The position numbers and the translations under genes are program-made. The notes beneath the pieces are model-generated. The model was not told the DNA's origin, did not search any database, and saw nothing but the letters and a program-made list of their open reading frames with translations. From NCBI RefSeq assembly GCF_006345805.1, contig NC_043001.1, positions 100,564,001 to 100,628,000 on the forward strand: a stretch of 64,000 nt of DNA, read 5' to 3'. The DNA comes from Octopus sinensis. Lineage: Eukaryota. Positions 26,578-39,045 of this stretch are shown piece after piece; position 1 is the first letter of the stretch; the number at the start of each line of letters is the position of its first letter.

Positions 26578-27426
26578 GAAATGTGTACTCTTCGGTACCA
26601 AATAATCATACAAAATATATCAGAAAGCAAGAAAACAAACTTGTAAATTGACTAAATATGTGTTTCTCGTCTAAATCTGTCTGACTCTGAGGAGGGCCTC
26701 AGGAAATTCCTCTGAAGAGGCAAGTTTTTAATCTGCTGCACAGAGCAGTAAAAACATCAGCACTTCAAGAGAAAAAATGGTAACAACATGTCTGCTGGCT
26801 TAACAAGGCTGGAAGGCAAGCAGTAAAATATCTGCTTTCTCTGTTTTGACCCCTCACTAATTTTTTGTCCTTCATTTTGACACTCCTTTCTCAAAAATAA
26901 TAGAATACAAAGAAAATAACATCACTGCTCTTGCTATTTCTGAAAGCAAGCAGTAAAGAATTTGTTTCCCTTTACCTTTAAAGTCTTTACCATTAAAGAC
27001 TAAAACAGCATGATTTTTTTCACCTGTTTATTTTGTCTCTCTTTCTGATGCTCCATTCTCCAAGAGAATAATAGAATACAAAGAGACTAGTACCATTGCT
27101 CTTACTGATTATAATGGAAAGCAGAAAAATTTGCTTGTTTGTTTTGTCCTTCTTGTTGACATTCCCTCCTCAAAAGAACAGGAAAGCAATTAATTCACAG
27201 CTTTTCCTTCTTTTCTCGCAAAGTAAACAGGGACTTTCACTACTTTCACTTGTCAAATGATTTCAATTGTTTACTATTTAGAATAAGAAATGAAGGAATA
27301 CAATACAAAAGTAAATATGACTACAATAAATCTAATGAAAATCATCAATAATTAATTATATATTAGACAAAAATTATTTATTGTGGAAAAATAGTAAGGC
27401 ATTCAGCTCATACATAGACTCTTTGC

Positions 27427-27492
<66 letters not shown>

Positions 27493-27493
27493 A

Positions 27494-27652
27494 TGGCTGT
27501 ATGGTGTGTGGTTAGAAGCTTGCTCTCCAGCCACATGGTTTTGGGTTTAGTCCCACTGCACGTCACCTCAGGTAGGTGTCTTCTACTCTAGCATCAGGCT
27601 GACCAAAACCTTGTGAGTGAATTTTGTAGGCAGAATCTGAAAGAAACCTGTC
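27494..27652 (+). mobile_element. SINE family A, 5' half
   Basis: tRNA-like head with GGTTTAGTCCC. Confidence 0.7.
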
Positions 27653-27659
27653 ATATATA

Positions 27660-27900
27660 CAGATATAGGCATCAAACTCAGCAATGACACTCTGGTCTCA
27701 TGCCATTTCCACTCTACTGGTCATTCACTACAACACCTGTCTGTGTTCAGACTGTCTTTGCTTTGGGACCATCTAGACTGCCGCCTTCACTGTGAACAGG
27801 AATTGATCTTCTCTCTTCACTCCTTTGCACCACACGGGCTCAACTCCCCTCCTCTCTTCATCTGACACTTACTTCCTCTCTTCACTCCTACCCTCCTATC
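27660..27900 (+). mobile_element. PLE GIY-YIG endonuclease C-terminal fragment
   Basis: HFHSTGHSLQHLSV...RLHCEQELIFSLHSFAPHGLN, the typical Penelope ending PxGLN. Confidence 0.8.
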
Positions 27901-28230
27901 TTCATTGATATACATACATACATATATATATACATATATATATATATATATGTGGGTGTGTGTGTGTATACGTATATATGTATGTATATATGTGTATATA
28001 TATATATATATATTATGTGAAATAGAAAGATGAATAATCTTGTAGTAGATTAATCAAAAGTTAAACCGATACCTTAGTAGCAAAAATCACAGCATAAACA
28101 GCACGGTTGGAGGTACAACCATCTGGCGTTGCAACCGTGCGTTGGTGCGGATAATTGAAATTAAAACATTATTGGTGAATTGAAGAAATGGAGCTGAACG
28201 CAGATTGAACACAGAAATCGTTTTATTTCA

Positions 28231-28310
28231 TTCTACACGTGTTTCGAAAGGCACAAATTACCAAAATCCGATTGAATAATGGGACCATATTGTGTCTTTC
28301 TCTTCAGGAA
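28231..28310 (-). ncRNA. Hammerhead ribozyme in left pLTR arm
   Basis: ttc-CTGAAGA-GAAAGACACAA...TTGTGCCTTTC-GAAAC-ACGTGT-A-gaa. Confidence 0.75.
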
Positions 28311-29660
28311 GAAAAAAGGAAATCCGTTGGAAAAACAAAAACAGAACAGAGGCGGAGCAAAAACAAATCGAACTATGCTCCTAAGAGCCCATGGCGAAAC
28401 TGTTTATCAGTGTATGTTGAGAACCGGTGGCTGAAGAATTCAACGGGTCAGGCATCGGTCCAATGCATGGGGTGAGGGTGTATAGATGATGTCTTTGTGA
28501 CCGAGAATGAAGTTCTGACTATTTAAGGAATATTGGATGTTTTATAAGGGGCGAGAAAAAATCTACTTAGAGACGTGTGTGTGTGTATAGTTCTATATGT
28601 GTTGTGTGGCGTAGGGGTAGAAAACATTTTTTGTGTACGTGTGTGCGTTTGATCGTTCGGCTGTCAGTGGCTACTGCCGTGAGAACCGTTGGGTGGCAGA
28701 AAGAAAAAAAATATATTATATTATGTTTTATGTGTGTGTGTGTTCATCTAAGCCTGCTTGTCAAGGAAACCTCAAGATGTCTTTGCGTGTCTCCAACCAT
28801 TACGCAACTTTTCGGGACATGAACAAGCGCCAGACCACGGGACTCAGTAAGCTGATATGGCGACTGAAGGATACGAAATTAAGCTATAGGCTGGAATGGT
28901 CAATTTTGTCGGTGGCCCTCCCATTTGATAGGGGCAGAACAGTGCAACCTTTGTGTCTCCGAACTCTTCCATATTTTGTTGCCAGAGGCCGGATGGTAAC
29001 GGGCTTTTACAGTCGGCTTTTCGATGCCCCCCATTGGCGGCGTTACACTTATCTGGCTTTTAAATAGCGTTTATAAATAATACCGGCACCCATAGCCCTT
29101 GGTAACAAATTCTGAAATAGCCTTTAAGATATCTACGATTAACCACTGCAAGGGGAATTACTCCTGTAAGACAAACGGGGCTTGGTTTTTTCACAGCGGG
29201 GGGTTTCCTTGACAAGGCAGGCTTAGATAACACACACACACATAAAACATAATATATATATATTTTTCTTTCTGCCACCCAACGGTTCTCACGGCAGTAG
29301 CCACTGACAGCCGAACGATCAAACGCACACACGTACACAAAAAATGTTTTCTACCCCTATGCCAACACACACATATATAGAACAGTATACACACACACAC
29401 GTCTCTAAGTAGATTTTTCTCGCCCCTTATAAAACATCCAATATTCCTTAAATAGTCAGACTTCATTCTCGGTCACAAAGTCATCTCTATACACCCTCAC
29501 CCACATGATTGACCGATGCCTGACCCGTTGAATTCTTCAGCCACCGGTTCTCAACATACACTGATAAACAGTTTCGCCATGGGCTCTTAGGAGCATAGTT
29601 CGATTTGTTTTTGCTCCGCCTCTGTTCTGTTTTTGTTTTTCCAACGGATTTCCTTTTTTC

Positions 29661-29739
29661 TTCCTGAAGAAAAGACACAATATGGTCCCATTATTCAATC
29701 GGATTTTGGTAATTTGTGCCTTTCGAAACACGTGTAGAA
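29661..29739 (+). ncRNA. Hammerhead ribozyme in right pLTR arm
   Basis: Same motif, but the first G of stem II is missing; AATAAA follows. Confidence 0.65.
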
Positions 29740-29807
29740 TGAAATAAAACGATTTCTGTTCAATCTGCGTTCAGCTCCATTTCTTCAATTCACCAATAAA
29801 TATGTTT

Positions 29808-29847
<40 letters not shown>

Positions 29848-29849
29848 TT

Positions 29850-30030
29850 GTGTGTCTGTGTTTGTCCACCCACTGATGTCACCGTAATTTAGTGGTTCAG
29901 CAAAAGAGACTGATAGAATAAGTACTAGGCTTCCAAAGAATAAGTCCTGGGGTCGATTTATTCGACTAAATGCAGTGCTCCAACATGGCTGCAGTTAAAT
30001 GACTGAAACAAGTAAAAGAATAAAAGAATA
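29850..30030 (+). mobile_element. SINE family A, 3' half
   Basis: GAATAAGTACTAGGC...GACTGAAACAAGTAAAAG. Confidence 0.8.
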
Positions 30031-30402
30031 TATTTTATTTATCTAGTTATAGGGATGGAATCTCTAACAGGATGTGACCTCAAAGTCGAAATGAACATTA
30101 TCAAAACACTTTGTGTTTGTGGTAACATTCAACGTCTACGATCTAGATGCAAGCAAGTTCTAGAGAGTAATTCAAAAGTTTTCTATTATGGTCTAAAGAA
30201 AAATGCGTTTACTAAACATCATTTTTTTTAACAGTATTGATATTAACTTGTTTAACTGTGGTTCTATTTTAAAGTGTCCATTCATACCTAAGTTAAAACT
30301 TTACATCATAATTTTTTTTAGAAACTTTTGTTATGTTCAAAGCACCATCTTGATGTAAATACTATTGTAAAAGTGAATGTTGTATTAGAACACAAAATAC
30401 TG

Positions 30403-30837
30403 CAAGAGTGCTTATATGCACCAAAAATAAATATGAGAGTTTCTCTCATGGTAGCTATCACAGTATTTTGTGTTCTAACACAATATCCACTTTTAAGAGG
30501 GATAAATATTAACCTTTTGGTATGAATACTACTTCTGTTGCTAATAATTATTTTTTAATGAGCCCACAGGCTATATGCAACTCTGTGATTCTATGTATTT
30601 CACCAGCCGAGATATCGCTGTTGTCTCTAGCCCCAAGTGTGATAGAGCCAAGAAAGCCTGAAATCACATGATCTGGCAGTGACAGCGGTGATGATGGTGG
30701 ATGATTTATTTCCCAGCTATTGGTGTATACAAGAATGCTTATATGCACCAAAAGCCAATATGAGAGTTTCTCTCATGGCAACTACAGCAGTATTTTCTGT
30801 TCTAATACAACATCCACTTTTAAGCGGGGATAAATAT
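30403..30837. repeat. Diverged direct repeat of ~107 bp (30403-30509, 30730-30837)
   Basis: Shared GCTTATATGCACCAAAA..AATATGAGAGTTTCTCTCATGG..ATCCACTTTTAAG. Confidence 0.85.
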
Positions 30838-31261
30838 AACTAGAACCATGTATCTTGTACCCTTCTAGTCATCTTTTCCACTACCATTAACCTCCTTCAA
30901 GAACAAAAAGAAATAAGATATGTTGCTGCTGAGCAATATCACCGTCTTTCGTAAGCTGACACAGTATAGATATAGAAAATTCGGAGAATTCATATGATAC
31001 AAAAAGACGTGGTGGCTAGGCTTTCATATCTATTGTTTGAACTTTATATATGCTTCAATTTTACCTACATTGTATTTGAAACAGATCAAAATTCTATCAG
31101 AAGGAGGAAAAACTTGCAAATCCAAGATTTTACTATTCCAGTTTTGCTTGAGCATTCTCCAGTCATTTATTACCTGTCTGTGTTTAGCCCATTGAAATTG
31201 AGCTTCTATTCCATTATATTCAGCTTCGACCCTGAAGCATGCATGAGTGTATGAATCTCTT

Positions 31262-31670
31262 TACTCTCTTTTACTCTTTTACTTGTTTCAGTCAGTTGAC
31301 TGCGGCCATGCTGGAGCACCACCTTTAGTCGAGCAACTCGACCCTGGGACTTATTCTTTGTAAGCCCAGTACTTATTCTATCGGTCTCTTTTGCCGAACC
31401 GCTAAGTGACGGGGACATAAACACACCAGCATCGGTTGTTTAGCAATTCTAGGGGGACAAACACAGACACACAAATACGCACACACACATATATATATAT
31501 ATACATATATACGACAGGCTTCATTCAGTTTCCGTCTACAAATCCACTCACAAGGCATTGGTCGGCCCGGGGCTACAGCAGAAGACACTTGCCCAAGATG
31601 CCACGCAGTGGGACTGAACCCGCAACTATGTGGTTGGTTAGCAAGCTACATACCACACAGCCACTCCTGT
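31262..31670 (-). mobile_element. Full-length tRNA-derived SINE (family A)
   Basis: A box, B box GGTTCAGTCCC, CTTGGGCAAGTG core, internal microsatellite, (AAAGAGT) tail. Confidence 0.9.
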
Positions 31671-31764
31671 GCCTATCTTTTCTTTTTTTTTTTTTATTAA
31701 ATTATGACTGGTTAAATGAAGCAGCAACAAGCAAGTCTTGTCAGTCCCTCATCATGGACTCAGC

Positions 31765-32135
31765 AGACAAAATGAAAATGGCACTGCCCTGGAGGATGGC
31801 ATGGGATATGTGCTGGAACAGCCACTCTGACTCACAGGTCTTGCACTTACAGATAGCTATCTCCACCCTGATAGTGGTGAGCGGGGATGTGGTCCAGGGG
31901 CTGAGAATGCCAGAGGTCTCCACTACCACAGGCTCAACCGCAAATCTATCAGAGTGGCCTTTACTTTGACAGTTTCCCTTTCTTAGCCTGACGAGCAGTG
32001 AAGCCTGCACTGACAGCTAAACACACTATGTTGCTACTGGAGGTGGGTGTCACAGCATGTGGCATCCCAGATGAGGGCCTTCCATAGTGGAATGAGAAAA
32101 TTGTCTTGCTATCTGGCTTTTTACCATCCCCTTGG
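31765..32135 (-). mobile_element. CRE-like non-LTR retrotransposon RLE C-terminal fragment
   Basis: DGKKPD..GRP / LIWDATCCDT / EPVVVETSG / WLFQHISHAILQGSA across frameshifts. Confidence 0.75.
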
Positions 32136-32407
32136 TCTGGAATAAACAAAATCCAACTTCAAACTTGAAAGATGGACACTCAACCTGCTAGAAATAGCAA
32201 CCAAAGCTCCCTCAAATCACACCCTGCACTTTTCAAATATATTGGACAAGGTAGTTTATACATCTTGCATCTGGAAAAAGTCTAGACCATCATAGCTAGA
32301 AACCTTTGATCATGTGTCTAATCAATCAAGTCTAATCAGGAGCTAAACAGCAATCATTCAAACATTCCAATTCAAAGTAATATACTATTATTTATTTTTA
32401 TGTAGTA

Positions 32408-32805
32408 CTAGCAGTATCGCCCGGCGTTGCTCGGGTTTGTAAGGGAAATAACTATATAAGCATTTTTAGAGAGTTATAGCCAAAAAATAGCAAAAGAATG
32501 CATTAAAAATGGAAAAAAAAATGATGGTAAATTTTTTTTTAAATCGTTGACTCATCGTAGACATTTTTAGAGAGTTACTTCCCTTATATAATAGCGAAAA
32601 ATGCATTAAAATGGAAAAAAATTATGGTAAATTTTTTTTTAAATTGTAGACTCATCGTAGACGTGCGCTAATATCTAGAAGGGCTCGATATGAATCACGA
32701 CTATAAGATACCCGGTTTTGGTTAAACTGCACCGCAAAATGTGGGAGTAGTTAGGAATCTAAATCGTAGGAGACAGACACACAACTTCACTTTTATATAT
32801 AAAGA
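32408..32805 (-). mobile_element. Non-autonomous Helitron
   Basis: 5' TC, 3' CTAG, subterminal hairpin CCCGAGCAACGCCGGG, inserted between A and T with no TSD; internal ~100-bp duplication. Confidence 0.9.
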
Positions 32806-33500
32806 TTTGACAGTCTACTTTTAATCAACTAGCCCATCCAAAGTTAATGTCTGACAAAATTACATTTCTATGAAAAGTAGTTTTCCTGCTGTGTTGAGTC
32901 CCAATTTCCATTTTGCTTTCTTTTTCTTCTCAAACCAGATATGCCACTTATGTTGTGCTTACTCATTTCCTAGTCCTTAATGACATCAAAGGATTGAAAA
33001 AAAATCCATTGTTCATTATTGTTTTAGTTTCATTTTCACTATAATTCACATAGTATTACAGCTGAGGTATTTAACCCCATCCTATTTTCCTCAGGTCATT
33101 GTCAGCTATAATAAGTATAATCCAAATAACAAACATCATTGGCACTTAGCTATCTAAAGTGTCTCTAAATTACAATTGTGATTGGCTTCAGATAATAGTA
33201 CAAGCATCCCTATGGTAAATAATGTTAGAAAACAAGTTACCACTCTATTTAACAATGTATTTTATCTTTTATCTGTTTTATTCATTGAAGCACAGTCATG
33301 CTGGAGCACTGCCTTTGAAAGATTTGCTCAAAGAAATCCACCCCACTCCTAGTACTTACTTTTTATTAAAGTCTGGTCTTGAAAGTCATCTGAGAGCTTA
33401 TCAATGAAGTAATTGTGGTGTGTGATGAGGTGTGGTGTGTGTGTTGATGGGCCGGTTATCATCTGTTAAGATGGAGCAATCATCATATCATATATATATA

Positions 33501-34035
33501 TATCAATAGTTATCGCCATACTAATATGGCAGTCTATAAATAAGACTAAAGCTGTCGCTGATTAGCTCCAAGAGGCTGTCGCCTCTAGCTAGCTATATGA
33601 CACACGAACCTGCGTCCATTACAAACTTCGAAAAGGGGAGGTCAGCCGCTTCACCTTGCTAGTCAGACATTTGCAGACATGTTTCAGGGTTGTTGCCCTT
33701 TATCAATGCAACGTAGTCAGAACCAGCAGGTGTCGCTACTGACCGTCTGTTCGAAGATTTTATTTACCTAGTTACAGTGGAATACATCCACTTGTTTTCA
33801 ATAATAGAAATATTAAAATTACTAGGTCTCTCTGGAGGAGATTATGGCAGCGTTGCTGGATGTTGATAGTTATCGCCATACTAGTGTGGCAGTCTGTAGA
33901 TGAGACTGGGGCTGTCGCTGATTGGCTCCGGGGGGCCGTCGCCTCTGGCTGGCTATAAGACACATGAACCTGTTCGAAGGTTGTAATGGACGCAGGTTCA
34001 TGTGTCATATAGCTAGCTGGAGGCTAGCTATATGA
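33501..34035 (-). mobile_element. PLE-like terminal repeat structure (360-bp-period direct repeat plus short inverted copy)
   Basis: 33506-33612 is repeated at 33866-33972; inverted copy at 33973-34024; hammerhead inside. Confidence 0.7.
33672..33710 (-). ncRNA. Minimal hammerhead ribozyme with U3-A8 core variant
   Basis: tgca-TTGATAA-AGGG caacaa CCCT-GAAAC-ATGTC-tgca. Confidence 0.65.
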
Positions 34036-34039
34036 TGTA

Positions 34040-34492
34040 TCTTTGTGGTACCAGTGCCGGTGGCACATAAGAAAACCATCCGAACATGGCCGTAGCCAGT
34101 ACCGCATCGACTGGCCTCCGTGCTGTGGGCACGTAACAAACACCATCCGATCGTGGCTGTTCGCCAGCCTCGTCTGGCACCTGTGTCGGTGGCACATAAA
34201 AAACACCATCCGAGCGTGGCCGTCTGCCAGCCTCATCTGGCACCTGTGTCAGTGGCACATAAAAAACACCATCCGAGCGTGGCCGTTCGCCAGCCTCGTC
34301 TGGCACCTGTGTCGGTGGCACATAAAATCACCCACTACACTCTCGGAGTGGTTGGCGTTAGGAAGGGCATCCAGCTGTAGAAACACTGCCATATCTGACT
34401 GGCCTGGTGCAGCCTTTGGGCTCCCCAGACCCCAGTTGAACCGTCCAACCCATGCTAGCATGGAAAGCAGACGTTAAACGATGATGATCATG
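34040..34492 (+). mobile_element. RTE 3' end with ~62-bp tandem units
   Basis: Repeated GTGGCACATAAAAAACACCATCCGA, then the conserved RTE terminus. Confidence 0.9.
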
Positions 34493-34905
34493 ATCTATAT
34501 ATATATATATATATATATATACAGTATATATGTATTAAGTAGTAAGCCACCAATTTAACTCCGACCACTATGTTCCTCTAATGCATACAACCTTAATCTC
34601 CCACCTCACTCCCTTCTCTTTTCTTCTCTTCTACCAAATCCACCTTGCCCCCCCCACTCCTAAAAAGTTAACCTCTTCTTTTCCTTTTCTTCTCATTTTA
34701 CTTCCAAAACTTTGTTTCTTTTCTTCACCAACTCCTGACATTTTCCCCCTCTTCCTTCTTTTCTCTTAACAACCATTTTATTTCTTCCTTCATACGTTTT
34801 CCCCCTTTACTCCATTCTTCCCGCTTCAATCATTTTAAATTATATCTCTGGCAAGTTGAGATTCCTTATTGATAATGTAACCCTTCATATAACTCAGGTA
34901 TATTC

Positions 34906-34988
34906 AGTCTGATGAGTAGCTAGCAGAGTACCCCTCATTGAGTAATTATTAGTTCTGAGGATCTGCTAGCTAAGAAACATATGTAGCC
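34906..34988 (+). ncRNA. Hammerhead-like motif with long stem II
   Basis: CTGATGA-g-TAGCTAGCAGA...TCTGCTAGCTA-a-GAAAC-ATATGT-A; stem I weak; lies after a pyrimidine-rich pLTR-like tract. Confidence 0.55.
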
Positions 34989-35255
34989 TCGACTTTTACC
35001 CACACCATTCCTTCAATTTGGATTTTTATTCACATTCATAGCAACCCTAGATGTTCATTGTGAACTATAAAGAACCTTTTTTTCAGCTGATTGAACTTTG
35101 ATATGGCGAAAAACCTATAACCTTCTCCATCAATAATCTATTACTATACCTGAAAGTTGGTATTTATACCTACCATTGACTACTTGAAGCTTACTAACTG
35201 CCAGCACCTAGATCTTTGGATCTTGAAATTATACATACGCACACACACACACGTA

Positions 35256-35306
<51 letters not shown>

Positions 35307-35539
35307 TAAACAAAAGACAGAAGATGGAATATACAAGAATATATTCCATCACTACAGTTGTTTCGATACATCTAACATCAATCCCTCACAGGTTTTGATT
35401 TTTCTCATACCATAATGTTGTGATGGCGTAAAATGTGTACAATTATTGGAGGAATTGACAGTTTTGTATATGCCTACTTCTTGTATATATTGAATCTTCC
35501 CATGGTGTCCAGCCCTAGCTGTCATATATACAAATACAT

Positions 35540-35750
35540 ATATATGCTCATGCAAAGAAAAATCAGAATGTCCATTGATGAACCTCTGCACGAGTACAAA
35601 TCGCGTATATAAATGTAAGTTGCACACAAAAGGAGGGCTGTGTGTCTACACTGGGCAAACAGCTGTTTCATTCAAGAATCGTTATCACAACCATGTCATC
35701 AGCTTCAAGAGAATCAATAAGAGACATTCAACACCTTTGGCTGATTTTGT
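35540..35750 (+). mobile_element. PLE GIY-YIG N-terminal fragment
   Basis: CSCKEKSECPL..C....VYKC....VYTGQT..FKNRYHNH..SF. Confidence 0.85.
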
Positions 35751-35759
35751 GTGTGTGTA

Positions 35760-35800
<41 letters not shown>

Positions 35801-35841
35801 TATATATATATATATATATATATGATGATGATGATGATGAT

Positions 35842-37113
35842 ATATGTCATCCTATAAATAATGCATTTTTAAAATACTTCTTTTATTTTTCAAAATTAAG
35901 ATAGAGAAAGTTCTTTTTCAATCTAAAATATACCCTCCTTCATTTTCTACAAGGCTCTTCTATCTCTCTGGTAAACTTGCAAGGATCCTTTTCCAAAATT
36001 AACTTGTCTGTGATGAAAAATACTCCCCCAGTACTGTTCTGACTTCATCTACAGAATTTGTATTGCTTCCATCCAAATAATTTTGAAGACTGTGGAATAA
36101 ATGATGGGGCAATGTCCAGCAAATATGGTGAGTGGGGAATTGTTTCCCATTCAAACTGCTCCAGCCTTTGGAATGTCATCCTCGTCCTATGTGGCTGAGT
36201 ATTATCTTAATGGAAAAACACTTTTTTGTTTTGCAACCAAAGATGGTCATTTTTCTTCTGGTGCTTCCAGTACAGCTCACAGTAGATCTCCTTTGTTATC
36301 ATTTGGTTTGAGTTAAAAAGTTCAAAGTGGACAAAACCTTTCATATCCCACCAAACAGATAACAACACCTTACATGCATGAAAACCTTCTTTAGCCTGGG
36401 CTGCCAGTGTTTCTCCTTCCATATCCAATGTCTTCTGTGCTTGACATTTTTACAGAGAATCCATTTCTCGTCACCAGTCACTATTCGGTCCATAAAAACG
36501 GTTCACTTGTGAGACATGACAGCAAAGAAGAGCACACTCTCATGCACTGCATGAGATTAGACACGGAAAGTTTGTGAGGAACCCATTGACCCAATTTTCT
36601 GATGGCACACAGGTGTCAATGAATAGTTGAATGACCAAACCCAAACTTCACTGCTAATTCCTCAACAGTAACAATGGAGTTTTGTTCCAACAGAGTTAGC
36701 AGGATGTCCTTGTTGAGCTCTACAGATCTCCCAGGATGAGACAAGTCTTCGAGGTTGTAGTTTCTGGTTTGGAATTTCTGGAACCACTGTTGACACTGGC
36801 TTACACTTACTGTCCAATCCCCATATACTGCATTAATATTTCTCACACTTTCTGGTGGGTTGTTGCCTTTATTGAACTCATAAATAAAGGTATGCCAAAT
36901 GTATTTCTTCATCACTCCCATTATAGTTTGGAAAAAATAACTGTTAAATTCAAACTGCACTCTTCAAAACTTGCACTATGAATAAGTACAAGGTAAAATT
37001 ACTACCTGCTTTTATAGTAAGTTGATGCAGGTAGTTAATCCTGTCCCCCTTTGACTTTTGCAATTGCTCATGCAATTGAAAAAAACCCACATTATTTATG
37101 GGATGACCCAATA
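35842..37113 (-). mobile_element. Full-length decayed mariner transposon
   Basis: TIR remnants GTCATCC(T/C)ATAAATAATG at both ends; WVPHKL, VTGDEKW and LSVWWD motifs; ~1.27 kb; frameshifted. Confidence 0.9.
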
Positions 37114-38144
37114 TGTATACATATGTATACATGTGTGTGTGTGTGTATATTTTGATAAAGATAATTATGGCTGGTTTATAGGGTTACCCAGGGTTTTGCA
37201 TCTATAAAGCACTTGTGTGTGTGTGTTTGAGAGTGCTACATGGAAAACCCATCATGGTAAATCAAAGAAATATTCTCAATATCCTTTCCCATGTTGTGGA
37301 TCCATGTTTCTAAGGGAAATGTGTGGGAAAAATAAATATCTACTTCTCACCTTCATCAACAGATGAAAGAGTTAACGACATAACTTATATTAACAAATAG
37401 ATGGACTGATTAATTGAATGATGGGTAATTTGAGACAAGCATAAAGGGAGATATTTATTTTTAGTTTTCTGATAGGAATCAGTAATGCCAACACAAATTA
37501 GACCATGTTTGATGAGTTTACCAATATTCACTGGAGCCAAACCTTTTACATAAAGTTTATGTTCTGATTTTCATTTGTGTAAAACATCATAATATAAAAG
37601 CAATATTAATTTGGTAAACTCAAATATTTCCTTACAAATTACTCTGAAATTCTAGAATAGGCACAAAAAAAAAAAAAAATTATCACAAGTTTTCTGTTAT
37701 TGTTGTGTTATTACTATTATTAAAATAGTTATAATAATAAAGTAATATTCTTGTTCTTGTTATTATTATTATTATTTTTATTAATATTAATATTTTAAAT
37801 TAATATTGTTATCATCATAATCATCATCATCGTCGTCATCATCATCATCATCATTTACTAATGGAATTGTCTGCTAGTTCTATACAACATCAGAGAACAA
37901 CAATTGCACCCTTTAACTTAGCTTAATGGAATATTTGTAAAACAATTGGTGAAGATCTAATTGAATAGGAATGCTTTCTGTTAGAATTGACTTACTCTTC
38001 AAAGCTTAATACAAGATGGGGGTATCTTCACCAGACCTCCACCCCCATTCCATAAAGATGCTAACTTGATAAATTACACTAATGACTCAATATTCTCCAA
38101 CTTTGCATATTTTTTTTCCATATTGTCAGCACAAATATAGAGAA

Positions 38145-38375
38145 CATTGTCGTCATCATTGCTATTAACATCAGCATTTTCATTATCATTGACATCATCA
38201 TCATCATCCTCATCACCTTCATCATCATCGTCGTCGTCATCATCATCATCATCATCATCACACCATCAACATCACCACCAATGCCACCATCTCCATCGTT
38301 GTCATCATTAGTGTCATTGTCTTCATCACCATCATTATCATGGTCATCTTTATCATGATGATGTTTACCATCATT
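38145..38375. repeat. Degenerate (CAT)n tract
   Basis: Seen directly. Confidence 0.85.
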
Positions 38376-38634
38376 TAATAAACTCTCTTCCTCTTTTTCA
38401 TTTCTTTTTCATTATCCCTCTCTTCTTCATCAGCATCATTCTCTGACTTTTTGTCAGTTATTCCTCAACTCACTCCTGAGAAATTCTTTCTCACACATTC
38501 ACTAAGGACACAATGTGGTCCTCTCCCTTGCTAGAAATAACACCCATGCCATTAAATCACACCCTAAAATCTTTAGGAATGGAATAACACAAATGGTAAA
38601 GAGTAAGTCTGAAACAAAAGAGGATCAATATCTT

Positions 38635-38855
38635 TTATCTTTTATCTTTTACTTGTTTCAGTCATCAGACCACGGCCATGCTGGGGCACCACTCTGGAGA
38701 ATTTTTTAGTTGAACTTATCAACCCCAGTACTTATTTTAAAGCTTGGTACTTATTCTTTCGATCTTTTTTGCCAAACCACTAAGTTACAGGGACGTAGGC
38801 ACACCAGCACCATTTGTCAAGCGGTAGTGTGAGACAAACAGACACATTGACACAT

Positions 38856-38890
<35 letters not shown>

Positions 38891-39045
38891 ATGGGCTTCT
38901 TTCAGTATCCGTCTGTCAAATCTACTCACAAGGTTTTGGTCAGCCCAAGACTAGTAGAAGACACCTATCGAAGATGCCATGCAGTGGGATTGAACCTGGA
39001 ACCATGTGGTTGGAAAGCCAACTTCTGACAACCCAGCCATGCCTG
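38635..39045 (-). mobile_element. tRNA-derived SINE (family A)
   Basis: Similarity to 31262-31670. Confidence 0.85.

Larger units (their letters stand above)
28020..29809 (+). mobile_element. 5'-truncated PLE with inverted pseudo-LTR (arms 28162-28771 and 29202-29809)
   Basis: The spacer encodes the GIY-YIG end NHYATFR..TGLSKLIWRLKD..LEWSIL..CNLCVSE..CPH (frameshifted); the arms are near-identical reverse complements. Confidence 0.9.

Noticed and set aside
26686-26722. CTGAGGA/CTGAAGA hammerhead-like cores
   Set aside because: No compatible stems or GAAA-NUH arrangement.
31961-32149. Apparent host exon after ttattccag
   Set aside because: The translation matches a CRE-like RLE domain with frameshifts.
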